From: a phage
Reading direction: 5' to 3' (one strand)
Sequence record: PZ452595.1
DNA: 64,000 bases
Shown here piece by piece: positions 27,338 to 37,467 of the stretch (the stretch's first letter is position 1; each line of letters begins with the position of its first letter). The position numbers and the translations under genes are program-made. The notes beneath the pieces are model-generated. The model searched no databases. It saw only the letters and a list, made by a program, of their open reading frames with translations, and had not been told where the DNA came from.

Positions 27338-28493
27338 TTAACTGATCTAGATCAGTTTCTAAATCAGCTGCTGATTTACTTTTACTTTCTGGAGATTTAA
27401 ATTTTTCAACCTTTGAGTTAATCAATTCATCAACTTCAGCTTCAACAATTTCATTACTATCAATAGCACCTAACTGATAAGCACGTTTAATAGCATCTCG
27501 GAATGGTTGATGCTTAAATAAAGGACCCCAGAATGTAGTGCAGTTGGTATCTTTTGCACGCCAAGATTTTTCTTCGCGAATCATCTCGCCGGTTTCTTCG
27601 TCAAGAAATTCACGAGCATACCAACCGTTCTTAGGTTTTACCACGAATCCTAATTCTAGAGCCATATCTAACAATCCAGAATAAGGATCGATACCACCGT
27701 CAAATTTAACATCAATAAAGAATTTACTTTTTTCTTTAACGGTACGAGATTTTTCTACATTTAGAACAAATTGATACCCCTGAAGATCAGAACCATCTTT
27801 AATCTGGCGTTTACCGATAATGAATACAGTATCAGCCGAATACATTACGCCTGTACCACCTGTCATCACGGTTTTACTAAACATTTCAATTGTTTCAATT
27901 GTATGGTTAACCGCAACACATGGAATATTTTTAATGCTAAAATAAGGAGTAACAATACGGAATAATGACTTCAGTGATTTAGCACGAGTCATATCTGCCA
28001 CAGATTTTTCATTCAAGGCATCTTCCGTTTCTTTCTTAGAAGCCATATTACCGATTGAGTCGATGAATACAATAACCTTTTCACCACGCTCAATAGCTTC
28101 AAGCTGATTCACCATATCAATTTTCAGCTGTTCAACTGACTGAATTGGCGTATGAATTACTCGTTCCGGGTCAACTCCCATGGAACGTAAATAAGCTGGA
28201 GTAATACCAAATTCGCTATCATAGAATAGACAAACCGCGTCAGGATATTTGTTCAAATATGCCGCAACCATAGTCAAAGACATATTTGATTTAAAGTGTT
28301 TAGAAGGCCCTGCGAAAATAGTTAAACCAGACTGCATACCACCATCAATCGCACCAGAAATAGCGATATTAAGCATTGGGATTTTTGTACGGATTACATC
28401 CTTTTCATTAAAGAATTTAGATGTAGTCAGTTCAGCAGTCATTTTAGAAGTGGAAGCTTTAATCAAACGGGATTTTAAATCTGCAATAGACAT
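27312..28493 (-). CDS. uvsX: UvsX recombinase (RecA-like)
   Basis: 393 aa; MSIADLKSRLIKASTSK N-terminus as T4 UvsX. Confidence 0.9.
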   Translation of the reverse strand: MSIADLKSRLIKASTSKMTAELTTSKFFNEKDVIRTKIPMLNIAISGAIDGGMQSGLTIFAGPSKHFKSNMSLTMVAAYLNKYPDAVCLFYDSEFGITPAYLRSMGVDPERVIHTPIQSVEQLKIDMVNQLEAIERGEKVIVFIDSIGNMASKKETEDALNEKSVADMTRAKSLKSLFRIVTPYFSIKNIPCVAVNHTIETIEMFSKTVMTGGTGVMYSADTVFIIGKRQIKDGSDLQGYQFVLNVEKSRTVKEKSKFFIDVKFDGGIDPYSGLLDMALELGFVVKPKNGWYAREFLDEETGEMIREEKSWRAKDTNCTTFWGPLFKHQPFRDAIKRAYQLGAIDSNEIVEAEVDELINSKVEKFKSPESKSKSAADLETDLDQLSDMEEFNE

Positions 28494-28546
28494 TCATTTT
28501 TTCCATAGGCATCATTATATTTTCCTCACTGGTTAAAGATAGAGTA

Positions 28547-28571
28547 ATTATAACACAATAAATTTAGGCAT
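28547..28571 (-). promoter_or_regulatory. promoter-like element upstream of uvsX (extended -10)
   Basis: TGTTATAAT with TGCCTAA MotA-box-like element ~11 nt upstream. Confidence 0.35.
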
Positions 28572-29413
28572 TAATCAACTGCTATTGGATGAATAGCATT
28601 AAACTTATGAAATGCTTCTGATTTTTCTTTACGCGAAACACACATGCGAAGAACCTTTAATGGCTCATCTTCTTCACCCAACGATTTTCGTTTTTCAATA
28701 TTAGAAGTTTTCCAACGAGCTTGTTCTGGAAACTCTCTATTGATTTGCTCAAGCGCTCTATTATGTTTAGAATTACTACGAATTGAACTGCACCCGCCAG
28801 GAGCTTGTGCTTTTCCAGATACAACCAGATATTTGAACAAGGCCAAATGCGGATAACCTTGATTAATTAAATTGAGAAATGCATACATATCTTCGCATAA
28901 ATCAATTTTTCCATACCCAATTTGTTCTGTCGTAAGTTTTCCGAGGTCATACCATGTATTCGTGAATCCATATGAATTTTCACGATAATTACCCCAAGAT
29001 GAAGTAATTTTAAAAATAGGTAGACGAGCATGGCCATGATAATACCCGCAATCCATGGCATCTTCAACGTATTGAATCAATTCATAGAACTGTTCACGAG
29101 TTAATTGATTAACTTTATCTACGCAGCGACGATCATCTCTCTTTCGCATTGAACTCATACGAATAGTAGTATCATCGTCAATCATCCAGATTCGTTGACC
29201 TGCATACATATCAGTAATAGCTTTACGAGTACCGGCAATTCCATTTACATCATCAGGAATAGTTATAATTTTAGCTCTAGACCCATAGGCATCACAATAA
29301 GCTTTTTCTTCGTGTTCACGCACTACAATATGCGGTTCATAATCAGTCGGAAACATATCAAGGGCAGAAACTGCCCCAACACGCTGATAACTTGGAATTA
29401 CGAATTGAATCAT
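28571..29413 (-). CDS. glycosyltransferase (DxD type), occupying the T4 beta-gt position
   Basis: ~280 aa from ATG (track start is GTG); IWMIDDDTTI DxD motif; ATGA coupling with gene 42. Confidence 0.6.
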   Translation of the reverse strand: MIQFVIPSYQRVGAVSALDMFPTDYEPHIVVREHEEKAYCDAYGSRAKIITIPDDVNGIAGTRKAITDMYAGQRIWMIDDDTTIRMSSMRKRDDRRCVDKVNQLTREQFYELIQYVEDAMDCGYYHGHARLPIFKITSSWGNYRENSYGFTNTWYDLGKLTTEQIGYGKIDLCEDMYAFLNLINQGYPHLALFKYLVVSGKAQAPGGCSSIRSNSKHNRALEQINREFPEQARWKTSNIEKRKSLGEEDEPLKVLRMCVSRKEKSEAFHKFNAIHPIAVD

Positions 29414-30150
29414 TTCCACTCACCTTTATAGTCTTTTTTCACAATATGAGTTTCGCCAGTATTCCACCAATGATCAACCAAGTAAAAATGACGAGAATAT
29501 ACATGAAGACTTCCAACATTCCATATAATAGAACCTGCTTTATACTGACGAGTTGAATCGCCTGCATTCAAATCAGATACTAATTTATCTAATACGTATT
29601 TTTGCCATGCATAATCATTACGGAATCCGAAGACTACGTCATTTGAGCGCATGTTAACAACTGCATTGATTTTCTTGTCACGAATCAGGTATTGTACTGT
29701 ATTCGTACACATGAAATCTGACATACCATCTTTATTGTAGTCAAATTGCATAGATGGACGAGTATAAATCATGATACCACGTCGAGAATCAGGATTTTGA
29801 CCAAGTTCAGCTAAACACATATCATACTGAGCATAATTATCTTCTGACCAAATAGCCCAACCATAATTCGAGTTAATTTCACCTTTAGAAGATGCTACTT
29901 GTTGCCAAATCTTCGGTGTTTCACCCGGAATATCTTTAACGAACAAGCTCTTAGATTTATACCATTCAAGTTCACGCTGGATGTATTCATCATTAAGAGC
30001 GCCAAAAATAAACGGTTCATCTGCTACAAATGATGCGCCAATAATTTCAATAGTTTTAACGCCAGTTTTATCAACTACGAAATCTTTTTCTTTTAATGCA
30101 AGCCCCAAATGAAGACGGATTTCTTCAACTGTCATAGAGTCACTAATCAT
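29410..30150 (-). CDS. 42: gp42 dCMP hydroxymethylase
   Basis: 246 aa as T4 gp42; thymidylate-synthase-like with catalytic Cys in FMCTNT. Confidence 0.85.
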   Translation of the reverse strand: MISDSMTVEEIRLHLGLALKEKDFVVDKTGVKTIEIIGASFVADEPFIFGALNDEYIQRELEWYKSKSLFVKDIPGETPKIWQQVASSKGEINSNYGWAIWSEDNYAQYDMCLAELGQNPDSRRGIMIYTRPSMQFDYNKDGMSDFMCTNTVQYLIRDKKINAVVNMRSNDVVFGFRNDYAWQKYVLDKLVSDLNAGDSTRQYKAGSIIWNVGSLHVYSRHFYLVDHWWNTGETHIVKKDYKGEWK

Positions 30151-30303
30151 TTAAACCTCAATTGATACATTCATATTTAACTTGTAACAGTAATAAACTC
30201 CAACCTAAAATAATAGTTGGAATCATAAGAGGAACCGTTACACTATAGTATATACTTATTATAACCATCAAGATTAAAAGCAACACTGCTATAATTTTGC
30301 TTT

Positions 30304-30555
30304 TCATTCCTTCTCTCTGATGATAATTACTTGATTTGGCTGTGCAGACTTTTTAGTTTCACCCGCAATTGACCAAATAAATGTAATAAACCAACCAATA
30401 ATTGACCAGTTAAACAGCAAAGATGTGAAAAAGATTCCTACTGTCGATTTTGACCCACGCATCAAGGCGATGAACCATGGAAGCATGTATATAATAATAG
30501 CCAACACGCCTGAAACTAAAACCATAAAAATTGAACCTGTTACTAAAGTTTCCAT
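30304..30555 (-). CDS. imm: Imm, superinfection immunity membrane protein
   Basis: 83 aa, two TM segments, as T4 Imm. Confidence 0.8.
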   Translation of the reverse strand: METLVTGSIFMVLVSGVLAIIIYMLPWFIALMRGSKSTVGIFFTSLLFNWSIIGWFITFIWSIAGETKKSAQPNQVIIIREKE

Positions 30556-30562
30556 CTTTTCC

Positions 30563-30943
30563 TCACTTAGTCAAATTTTTTACGCATGAATTATAAGAAT
30601 TCACTACATACTCCATCGGAGCATTTTTACCAGTACGCCATTGGTAATTATTAGCCCAATTAGCCCAAATTTCGGCGCAGTAGTTTTCAATTTTTTCTTC
30701 GCGTGTAATTACATCCGAATTACGATATGCTTGAGCAGATTCATCTGGGCGAATAGCTTCGTCAAAATTCGCCTGCATTTGTTCTACTGTCTGTTTTGGA
30801 GCTTCTTTATAACACTTGACATTAGGATTATAAAATTTGCTTGAACAGTTTACAATTTTTCCTACATCAGACTGATTTACTACCGGTCCTTGAGCTACAC
30901 AACCAGTAAGACCTAATGCAATAACCAAAATAGCGATTTTCAT
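30563..30943 (-). CDS. putative lipoprotein (126 aa)
   Basis: ORF track; signal peptide with lipobox LTGC. Confidence 0.6.
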   Translation of the reverse strand: MKIAILVIALGLTGCVAQGPVVNQSDVGKIVNCSSKFYNPNVKCYKEAPKQTVEQMQANFDEAIRPDESAQAYRNSDVITREEKIENYCAEIWANWANNYQWRTGKNAPMEYVVNSYNSCVKNLTK

Positions 30944-30955
30944 AATAATTTCCTC

Positions 30956-31207
30956 TTAAAACTTAACAAATAACTTTAAAGCATCTTCAGTTTTAATTCC
31001 TTTTCTTACACCCATAACAGAAATTGGCTGTGACTGAAATTTTCCTTTACCATTATAAATTTCTAATCCAGTCACCATTCCATTTTGTTCTATAATACCG
31101 TAAGTGTTACCTTCATTTTCAAATTCTTTAACTTTAAAGAGTTTATTAGCTTTTTCTGCATTAACAACTTTTAAATTTTGAATAAAATTAGTTTGAATAT
31201 TTTTCAT
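30956..31207 (-). CDS. hypothetical protein (83 aa)
   Basis: ORF track; conserved early promoter + SD cassette upstream. Confidence 0.55.
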   Translation of the reverse strand: MKNIQTNFIQNLKVVNAEKANKLFKVKEFENEGNTYGIIEQNGMVTGLEIYNGKGKFQSQPISVMGVRKGIKTEDALKLFVKF

Positions 31208-31235
31208 TTTGTGTTCCTCCGTAGTTGATAGTTGT

Positions 31236-31265
31236 ATAGTACCACAGAGGAACAGTCTTGTAAAC
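31236..31265 (-). promoter_or_regulatory. T4-type early promoter
   Basis: GTTTACA - 17 nt - TACTAT; 54-nt identity with cassette at 56150. Confidence 0.6.
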
Positions 31266-31352
31266 AGTTTTGTGAAAAAATTTTTAGGGAATTCTAAAGG
31301 TCCAGAATCATCTGTTTTTCATAAGTATAGATTTATATTACTTGTATGAAAA

Positions 31353-31370
31353 AGGGACCCGGAGGTCCCT
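31353..31370 (-). terminator. tetraloop hairpin after gene 43
   Basis: agggacccggaggtccct; loop UCCG on minus strand. Confidence 0.55.
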
Positions 31371-31382
31371 AGATTTATTCTA

Positions 31383-34079
31383 TCAGCCAAACAGGAAGTC
31401 TAACGAAGCTTTTTCTTCATAGTCCATACCAGCCGATTCACACATACCCGCAAGCGGTTTAACAAACGATTTTTGGAACAAAGTTGAGTAGTCAATCCAA
31501 GACAGTACATCAGAACGAATTTCTTTTGGAAGTTCTGTGCCCGACGGCCAAGCAATGCACTTGTCACCAAATGGATTTCCTTCACGCAATGGAAGAACCA
31601 TTACCTTATTTCCATCCAAAATTGGAGCTACACCCAGACCACTAACAGCTCGACGATAAGTTAGCACACCACGAATATGGAACGGGCATTTAAATCCTGG
31701 CCAACCTTTATCATCATATTTCGCTATATCGTTCGCAGTTTTTACTTCAGCAATAACTTTATAGTCAAGTTGACGATATTCTTTCTCGAAGTTCTTGTAA
31801 TATTCTTGGACAGACTCTTCGCCTTCCTGAAGAATACGACGAATACTTTCTTCGAGAGCTTCTTGCACTGCTTTTGGTGTTGAGCTCTGCTGAGTTTCCA
31901 TACCCATGATTTTTAGATGTGGTTCAGCAAATCGCTTATCTTCCATATCATAAACGTTCAGAGCATAACGCTTTTTCGCTTTCCAAAATCCACCGACGCC
32001 CTTTGAACCAAGCGGAGGGCAAGAAATAGCTTCACGGTCCATATGCATCAGATGCTCGCGGTTATTCATATAATCACATAACTCACGATATGCAACATCA
32101 ATCATAGGTTCCATCTTTTTCTTACCGAACTGATTCATGAATTCAACTAAATCGTTCTGCTCTTTGAATCGGTCAAGACCAACTTTTTCAATAACTTTAT
32201 CTACGCAAACATATACCGAATCAGTATCACCTGCCGCGATGAAATCTTCACCATTAGTTCCGCATACTTTATTCAGATATTCATTAATTTTACGAGCAAT
32301 CCACTGAATACCAACTTGGCCGAAAATTGTGATAGCAGTAGCATTTCGCAAATCATAGTAACGGAAATGAATATTACCAAGAGCACCATAAAGACTGTTA
32401 ATAAGAATTTTACGGTTCAGCTGATTTGTGTTAGCAAGTGTAGCTGCTTTTTCACATTCCTCAATCAGACTATTGAGAACAGATTCAGTATAATTCGATA
32501 GTTCATTTAAGAAATCATCACTGAACTTAACATATCGTTCAACTTCTGGTTTAGTTGAACAGGACCCTGCGCCTTTCATAATAATCTTTTTAATAGCTTC
32601 GGCATTCATTTCTTCAGCGAACATTTTCTTTTTCCAATCTTTACGCTGGAAAAATACTTTAGCGATTTCCTTTGGAATGATACCTTCTTGATGCTTATCA
32701 TACATCCATCCATTCGGAGAACAAGAATATTCATCACTTGGTTTAGGAGCTGTTCCTGCGATATATTCATGAATTGGATGAACTTTAAACTGTCCACGAA
32801 TAGTCTCAGGACTAATGTTAACCTGACGAATAATGCTCGGATACAGAGACGTCAAGTCAAAACTCATAATATATCGACGAGCAATTGGTTTAGGTTCAAA
32901 CACAAATGCACCCGGAAAACTCTGTTTAACGTGCGAACCTTGTTGAGGAATAACCTTATGTTCACCTTTCAATGAGTTAAAAATAATAGCATCCCAAGTT
33001 TTAATAGGACTCATTACACCAGAAAAAGGCATTTTAGCGTAATAAGACATACTTAAAACTAGATCGATAAACCCGCGAATTTTATCAATTGCTTGAACTG
33101 ATTCTACGTCAATGATGTTATAACTAATGTATCGTTGATGATTAGTCTCACGAAGTTTATTAATAGGACCGTCGTATGGTAATTTACCTTTTTTGGTTTC
33201 ATGTTGAGCAACTGATTCCAAAGAGAATGACGGCAAATTAGTAAAAGCGAATTTCTTGTACAAATCTAAATAATCAAGAATAGATACGCCATCAATAGAA
33301 TAAATTTCTTTGCTACCGTACATATTTTGAATTAGTTTAGATTTTACCCGACCGATTGGAGAGAAACGTTTCATACTGCGTTCACCTAGAATCATTTTAA
33401 CGCGATTCATAATATATGGAACGTCAAACCCCTCAATATTCCAACCAGTAAAAATAGCAGGTCGTTTCTGTTCCCAGAGATTGATATATTCCATGAGCAT
33501 ATCACGCTCATTATCGAATGGCATATAAATTACTCGGTCAAGAATTTCTTGAGGAACTTCATCACCACCTTCACAGTCAAGCTTAGCAGCTAACTTTGCA
33601 TCCCATTTTGATACTGAACCGTACATTGAATTCAACAAATCAAAGACATAAAAACGGTCATCAATTGAATCGTAATGAGTGATAGCATCAATTTCATATT
33701 CTGCTTTCATTGGGTCAGGAAATTTATCACCAGTAACCTCAATGTCACAGTTAGCTACACGAACAAATTTTCGGTCATAAACAATTTCTGAACCATATGT
33801 ATCACTGATATAAGCGAGTTTAAAATCGTTCATACCGAGAGCTTCGAGACCGATGTCTTCCATTCGCTTCATCCAATCTCGAGCATCTTTCATTGATGGA
33901 AATTTTTGAGGAGCACAGTTTTTACCATAGATGTCTTTGTATTTTGACTCTTCCTTACAATGCCTAAACATAGTCGGAAGATATTCTACTTCACGGGTAC
34001 GTTCCTTTCCATTTTCATCAATATAACGTTCAACAATGTTATTTCCGACTGTTTCAATAGAGATATAAAATTCTTTCAT
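31383..34079 (-). CDS. 43: gp43 DNA polymerase (family B)
   Basis: 898 aa as T4 gp43; exonuclease and polymerase motifs (YGDTDS). Confidence 0.95.
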   Translation of the reverse strand: MKEFYISIETVGNNIVERYIDENGKERTREVEYLPTMFRHCKEESKYKDIYGKNCAPQKFPSMKDARDWMKRMEDIGLEALGMNDFKLAYISDTYGSEIVYDRKFVRVANCDIEVTGDKFPDPMKAEYEIDAITHYDSIDDRFYVFDLLNSMYGSVSKWDAKLAAKLDCEGGDEVPQEILDRVIYMPFDNERDMLMEYINLWEQKRPAIFTGWNIEGFDVPYIMNRVKMILGERSMKRFSPIGRVKSKLIQNMYGSKEIYSIDGVSILDYLDLYKKFAFTNLPSFSLESVAQHETKKGKLPYDGPINKLRETNHQRYISYNIIDVESVQAIDKIRGFIDLVLSMSYYAKMPFSGVMSPIKTWDAIIFNSLKGEHKVIPQQGSHVKQSFPGAFVFEPKPIARRYIMSFDLTSLYPSIIRQVNISPETIRGQFKVHPIHEYIAGTAPKPSDEYSCSPNGWMYDKHQEGIIPKEIAKVFFQRKDWKKKMFAEEMNAEAIKKIIMKGAGSCSTKPEVERYVKFSDDFLNELSNYTESVLNSLIEECEKAATLANTNQLNRKILINSLYGALGNIHFRYYDLRNATAITIFGQVGIQWIARKINEYLNKVCGTNGEDFIAAGDTDSVYVCVDKVIEKVGLDRFKEQNDLVEFMNQFGKKKMEPMIDVAYRELCDYMNNREHLMHMDREAISCPPLGSKGVGGFWKAKKRYALNVYDMEDKRFAEPHLKIMGMETQQSSTPKAVQEALEESIRRILQEGEESVQEYYKNFEKEYRQLDYKVIAEVKTANDIAKYDDKGWPGFKCPFHIRGVLTYRRAVSGLGVAPILDGNKVMVLPLREGNPFGDKCIAWPSGTELPKEIRSDVLSWIDYSTLFQKSFVKPLAGMCESAGMDYEEKASLDFLFG

Positions 34080-34096
34080 AGATATTCCTTAGTTTA

Positions 34097-34116
34097 TAGC
34101 CCGAGTTATTAGGCTC
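34097..34116 (-). promoter_or_regulatory. gene 43 translational operator hairpin (autogenous repression by gp43)
   Basis: Minus-strand RNA GAGCCUAAUAACUCGGGCU just 5' of gene 43 SD; loop AAUAACUC is the wild-type T4 operator loop as I recall. Confidence 0.65.
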
Positions 34117-34137
34117 TTGATATATTATACTCCAAAT

Positions 34138-34155
34138 AAGGGGCCGAAGCCCCTT
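34138..34155 (-). terminator. UUCG-tetraloop hairpin between regA operon and gene 43
   Basis: aaggggccgaagcccctt. Confidence 0.55.
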
Positions 34156-34157
34156 GC

Positions 34158-34379
34158 TTAAATTAGTACTATTTGTCGGTGAAAAATTGTCATTCCATCT
34201 GCATTAATTGACTTAACGACTGCGGTAAAGTGTTTTTGTTCTGGATGAATTAATTTTTGAAATTCTACCTGAAATTTTAGTTGAAGGTTTTCTGGTAAAT
34301 CAAAAAGTGTTTCTGTTGCAGAAAGATTATATTTTTCTTTAAGAGACGCCATGTATTCTTGTGGAGTTATAGCAGTCAT
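34158..34379 (-). CDS. hypothetical protein (~73 aa) between regA and 43
   Basis: ATG 1 nt after regA stop; track ORF extends to 34421; followed by UUCG hairpin. Confidence 0.5.
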   Translation of the reverse strand: MTAITPQEYMASLKEKYNLSATETLFDLPENLQLKFQVEFQKLIHPEQKHFTAVVKSINADGMTIFHRQIVLI

Positions 34380-34380
34380 A

Positions 34381-34749
34381 TTAATTACCAATCGTATATT
34401 TAGGAACGAGTTTCCATTCATGCTTTTGTTTAAAAGAAATAACTCGGAAGTTATTAGTTAAATCTTTCATAAAAGTTCTTTGACCAGGAACGATTTCAAT
34501 CAGTCCCCAATCTTCTAACAACCATGCAATCGAATCACGACGAACTTCATCTTCTTCTGTCATTTCAACTTGGCGACCATCCATACGAAGCATTTCTTTA
34601 AAATGAACGATATAGTATAGTCCTTTTTTCTGAAGAATATGACAGGACTGATACAGAACTTTATCTTTATTATTAGCAATTCCCATACGAGTCAAAGTTT
34701 CTTTTACTTTCAGAAAATCTTCAGGTTTTTTAAGAGTAATTTCAATCAT
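34381..34749 (-). CDS. regA: RegA translational repressor
   Basis: 122 aa as T4 RegA. Confidence 0.85.
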   Translation of the reverse strand: MIEITLKKPEDFLKVKETLTRMGIANNKDKVLYQSCHILQKKGLYYIVHFKEMLRMDGRQVEMTEEDEVRRDSIAWLLEDWGLIEIVPGQRTFMKDLTNNFRVISFKQKHEWKLVPKYTIGN

Positions 34750-34750
34750 T

Positions 34751-35314
34751 TTACCATTCCAATGCTAGTTTTTTGAGTTGTTTCTGTTCTTTTACGTTCT
34801 TAGTCACTTCTTTCAAAAAATCATCCGTGACTAAACCTTTTAGTTCTTTTAATACTAAAGGAAGTTTTCCATTTTTAGTAAGAATTGATTTATAGTTAAT
34901 TGCATCATTTGTATTAACTTGATACCGTTTAGCAAGTAACTTAATAATCAATACTTCGGTGGAATCTTCAACCAGTTTTGCCCATTTACCGTATCTTTTA
35001 CCACGAGGAACAGCAGCCATTAGATAATTAAAATGAGCTTCATCACTTAATCCAGAACCGATTAAATTCATTGCATATACAGCTGGCATGCACTCCGGAA
35101 ATTGTGATAATGCATTTTCGACCATGAATTTTGAATAATCTTTTTGAGCAATAGAGCATTTAGTTTTATTATTGATAGCTCCAATTATTTCAAAAAATTC
35201 ATTTTCAGCTTTTTCTTTAAAAGAATCAGCAGCGGATTGGACAGCTGTCCAATCTTTTGAATACCAAGCAATCTGATGCTCGTTTAATTGAATATCATCT
35301 TCAAATAAGCTCAT
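34751..35314 (-). CDS. 62: gp62 clamp-loader subunit
   Basis: 187 aa as T4 gp62. Confidence 0.85.
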   Translation of the reverse strand: MSLFEDDIQLNEHQIAWYSKDWTAVQSAADSFKEKAENEFFEIIGAINNKTKCSIAQKDYSKFMVENALSQFPECMPAVYAMNLIGSGLSDEAHFNYLMAAVPRGKRYGKWAKLVEDSTEVLIIKLLAKRYQVNTNDAINYKSILTKNGKLPLVLKELKGLVTDDFLKEVTKNVKEQKQLKKLALEW

Positions 35315-35315
35315 A

Positions 35316-36275
35316 TCACTTCCACTGCATTTCGCATGCTAATTGAATGAAAAGATAAGCTAAATGCAATTCAGTATTAGCTGCAATACCATGATACTGA
35401 TTATTTTCGCCGACAATTTCGTACATACGAATAATACTTTGTGGAGTTACACGTGAATAGATTTCTTCGGCAAGTTTACCAACGAACCACGAATAATCAG
35501 CCGCATATTTTGGTGCTAAAGCTCTGAGTTGTTTAACATCTTTATTTTTGAGAGACTCAAGAACATCATCAATAGCACCACAATCGTTAGTAACCAGTGA
35601 TAAAATACCAGCATCCAAAACACCTTTAGATGAATAACTATCGAGCTCGCCAATAGTTTTACGAAAATCAGGAAAATTCTTTTTAACCAAAGCTGCTACA
35701 ACTTTCATATCAGCTATAGCAATTCCTTCATGCTTGCAGATTTCAGTCAATCGACGAATCATCTGCTTCATCATTTCAATTTTATCTTCATCGGTCGGTT
35801 GACCGAATGTAATAACTCGGCAGCGTGACTGGAGAGGTTTAATAATACCATCAATATTGTTAGCAGTAATAATAATACTACAGTTTGAACTATAAGCTTC
35901 CATAAAGGAACGAAGATGTCGCTGAGACTCTGCTAACCCTGAGCGGTCAAATTCATCAATAACGATTACTTTTTGACGACCATCAAATGAAGCTGCACTA
36001 GCAAAATTAGTCAAAGGACCACGAACGAAATCAATTTTACAATCTGACCCATTCACAAACATCATATCAGCATTTACATCATGACACAATGCTTTTGCTA
36101 CAGTTGTTTTACCTGTTCCTGGAGAAGGAGAATGAAGAATAATATGTGGAATCTTACCTTTACTTGTAATAGATTTAAAGGTTTCTTTATCAAAGGCTGG
36201 AAGAATACATTCATCGATAGTAGATGGACGATATTTCTGTTCAAGAATGTGTTCTTTTTCATTTACGGTAATCAT
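35316..36275 (-). CDS. 44: gp44 clamp-loader ATPase subunit
   Basis: 319 aa from [17 protein letters not shown] (track start is TTG); Walker A SPGTGKTT. Confidence 0.85.
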   Translation of the reverse strand: MITVNEKEHILEQKYRPSTIDECILPAFDKETFKSITSKGKIPHIILHSPSPGTGKTTVAKALCHDVNADMMFVNGSDCKIDFVRGPLTNFASAASFDGRQKVIVIDEFDRSGLAESQRHLRSFMEAYSSNCSIIITANNIDGIIKPLQSRCRVITFGQPTDEDKIEMMKQMIRRLTEICKHEGIAIADMKVVAALVKKNFPDFRKTIGELDSYSSKGVLDAGILSLVTNDCGAIDDVLESLKNKDVKQLRALAPKYAADYSWFVGKLAEEIYSRVTPQSIIRMYEIVGENNQYHGIAANTELHLAYLFIQLACEMQWK

Positions 36276-36307
36276 AATTTCCTCATTCAAGTTTTAGTGT
36301 AAATTAT

Positions 36308-36325
36308 AAAGGGCCGAAGCCCTTT
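36308..36325 (-). terminator. UUCG-tetraloop hairpin after gene 45
   Basis: aaagggccgaagcccttt. Confidence 0.55.
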
Positions 36326-36326
36326 A

Positions 36327-37013
36327 TTAAAAATCGTGGGTAGAATCAGCTTCAAGAGCTACTACATAATTCGCGTGTTCACCTTCAAATTTAGCAGCAC
36401 CTTGTTTACCTTTTGCCCAGAGCAGAAGTTTATAATTTCCTGGTTGCATTTTCATATTTGCCATATTGATAATGAAATTAAATGTATTTTCACCATCATA
36501 ATCACCAAGAGTCAAAGAATATTTAACACGGGTCAGAGCAGAATCTTCTACTTTATTAAAACCGTTAATTACGATTTTACCTTCTTTTACTGTGATAGCA
36601 ATTGTATCAATCTGCAGACCACGAGATACACGCAACAGTTGTTGAAGGTCTTCAGCTTTAATTTCAGTAACAACAGATGCTACCGGGAATGGAATTGGTT
36701 TATTAGGAGCAACTACTGTACTCGGATCGGCTGCTGGCCAAAAAATTGTTGAGCGGGCATCAGCAATTTTAATATTTCCATCTTCTGACTGGGAAATTTC
36801 TGCATCATCATTAACTAGAGACAGAATACCGAGAAAACCGTTCAAATCGTAAATTGCTACATCAAAATCAATAACGTCAGAAATATTTGCTTCCGCATAA
36901 GTTGTGCCATTAACTGCGCGAGTCATAATAAATTGACCGGATTTAAGCATAATACCGGAGTTAATAGTAGCGAAATTTTTAAGCAGAGCAGTAGTATCTT
37001 TAGACAGTTTCAT
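36327..37013 (-). CDS. 45: gp45 sliding clamp
   Basis: 228 aa as T4 gp45; MotA-box promoter upstream. Confidence 0.9.
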   Translation of the reverse strand: MKLSKDTTALLKNFATINSGIMLKSGQFIMTRAVNGTTYAEANISDVIDFDVAIYDLNGFLGILSLVNDDAEISQSEDGNIKIADARSTIFWPAADPSTVVAPNKPIPFPVASVVTEIKAEDLQQLLRVSRGLQIDTIAITVKEGKIVINGFNKVEDSALTRVKYSLTLGDYDGENTFNFIINMANMKMQPGNYKLLLWAKGKQGAAKFEGEHANYVVALEADSTHDF

Positions 37014-37042
37014 GTAATTTCCTTCAATTCAAATGAGATTTA

Positions 37043-37067
37043 ATTTTATAACTAATTTAATAAAGCA
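37043..37067 (-). promoter_or_regulatory. MotA-box middle promoter upstream of gene 45
   Basis: TGCTTTA - 12 nt - TAAAAT. Confidence 0.45.
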
Positions 37068-37068
37068 A

Positions 37069-37458
37069 TTAACGATTAAAATCAGCCGCAATTGTTTCCG
37101 CAACAATTTGTGCAGCAACAATTAGACGTTCATCTGCATTGCCGCAATAATCATCTTCAAGGCGTTCACCACATGAAGTCATAATAAATTTAGCACCGGC
37201 GTTTAGGGATTCTGCAGTATGTTTGCGCATTAGTTCAATCCATTTATTACTTACTTCACGATCGATAGCTTCATAATACGCATGACGAGCAGGTGCAGAT
37301 TTAATTTTGTTCTGAATAACTTCCATTGCGTTATCAGAAAGAGACAAAACCCATGCTCGACGAATTTTATTTTGGTTTTGTGGATTTGATTCAGAACGCA
37401 CGTGTTTTGGCTGAATATCTTTTACATCAACAGTATAATTCACAGTAATTTTAGTCAT
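37069..37458 (-). CDS. rpbA: RpbA, RNA polymerase-binding protein
   Basis: 129 aa as T4 RpbA; position. Confidence 0.7.
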   Translation of the reverse strand: MTKITVNYTVDVKDIQPKHVRSESNPQNQNKIRRAWVLSLSDNAMEVIQNKIKSAPARHAYYEAIDREVSNKWIELMRKHTAESLNAGAKFIMTSCGERLEDDYCGNADERLIVAAQIVAETIAADFNR

Positions 37459-37467
37459 AATACACCT

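Noticed and set aside
31400-31585. 61-aa minus-strand ORF inside the 3' end of gene 43
   Set aside because: Alternative frame within the DNA polymerase gene; no independent start signals.
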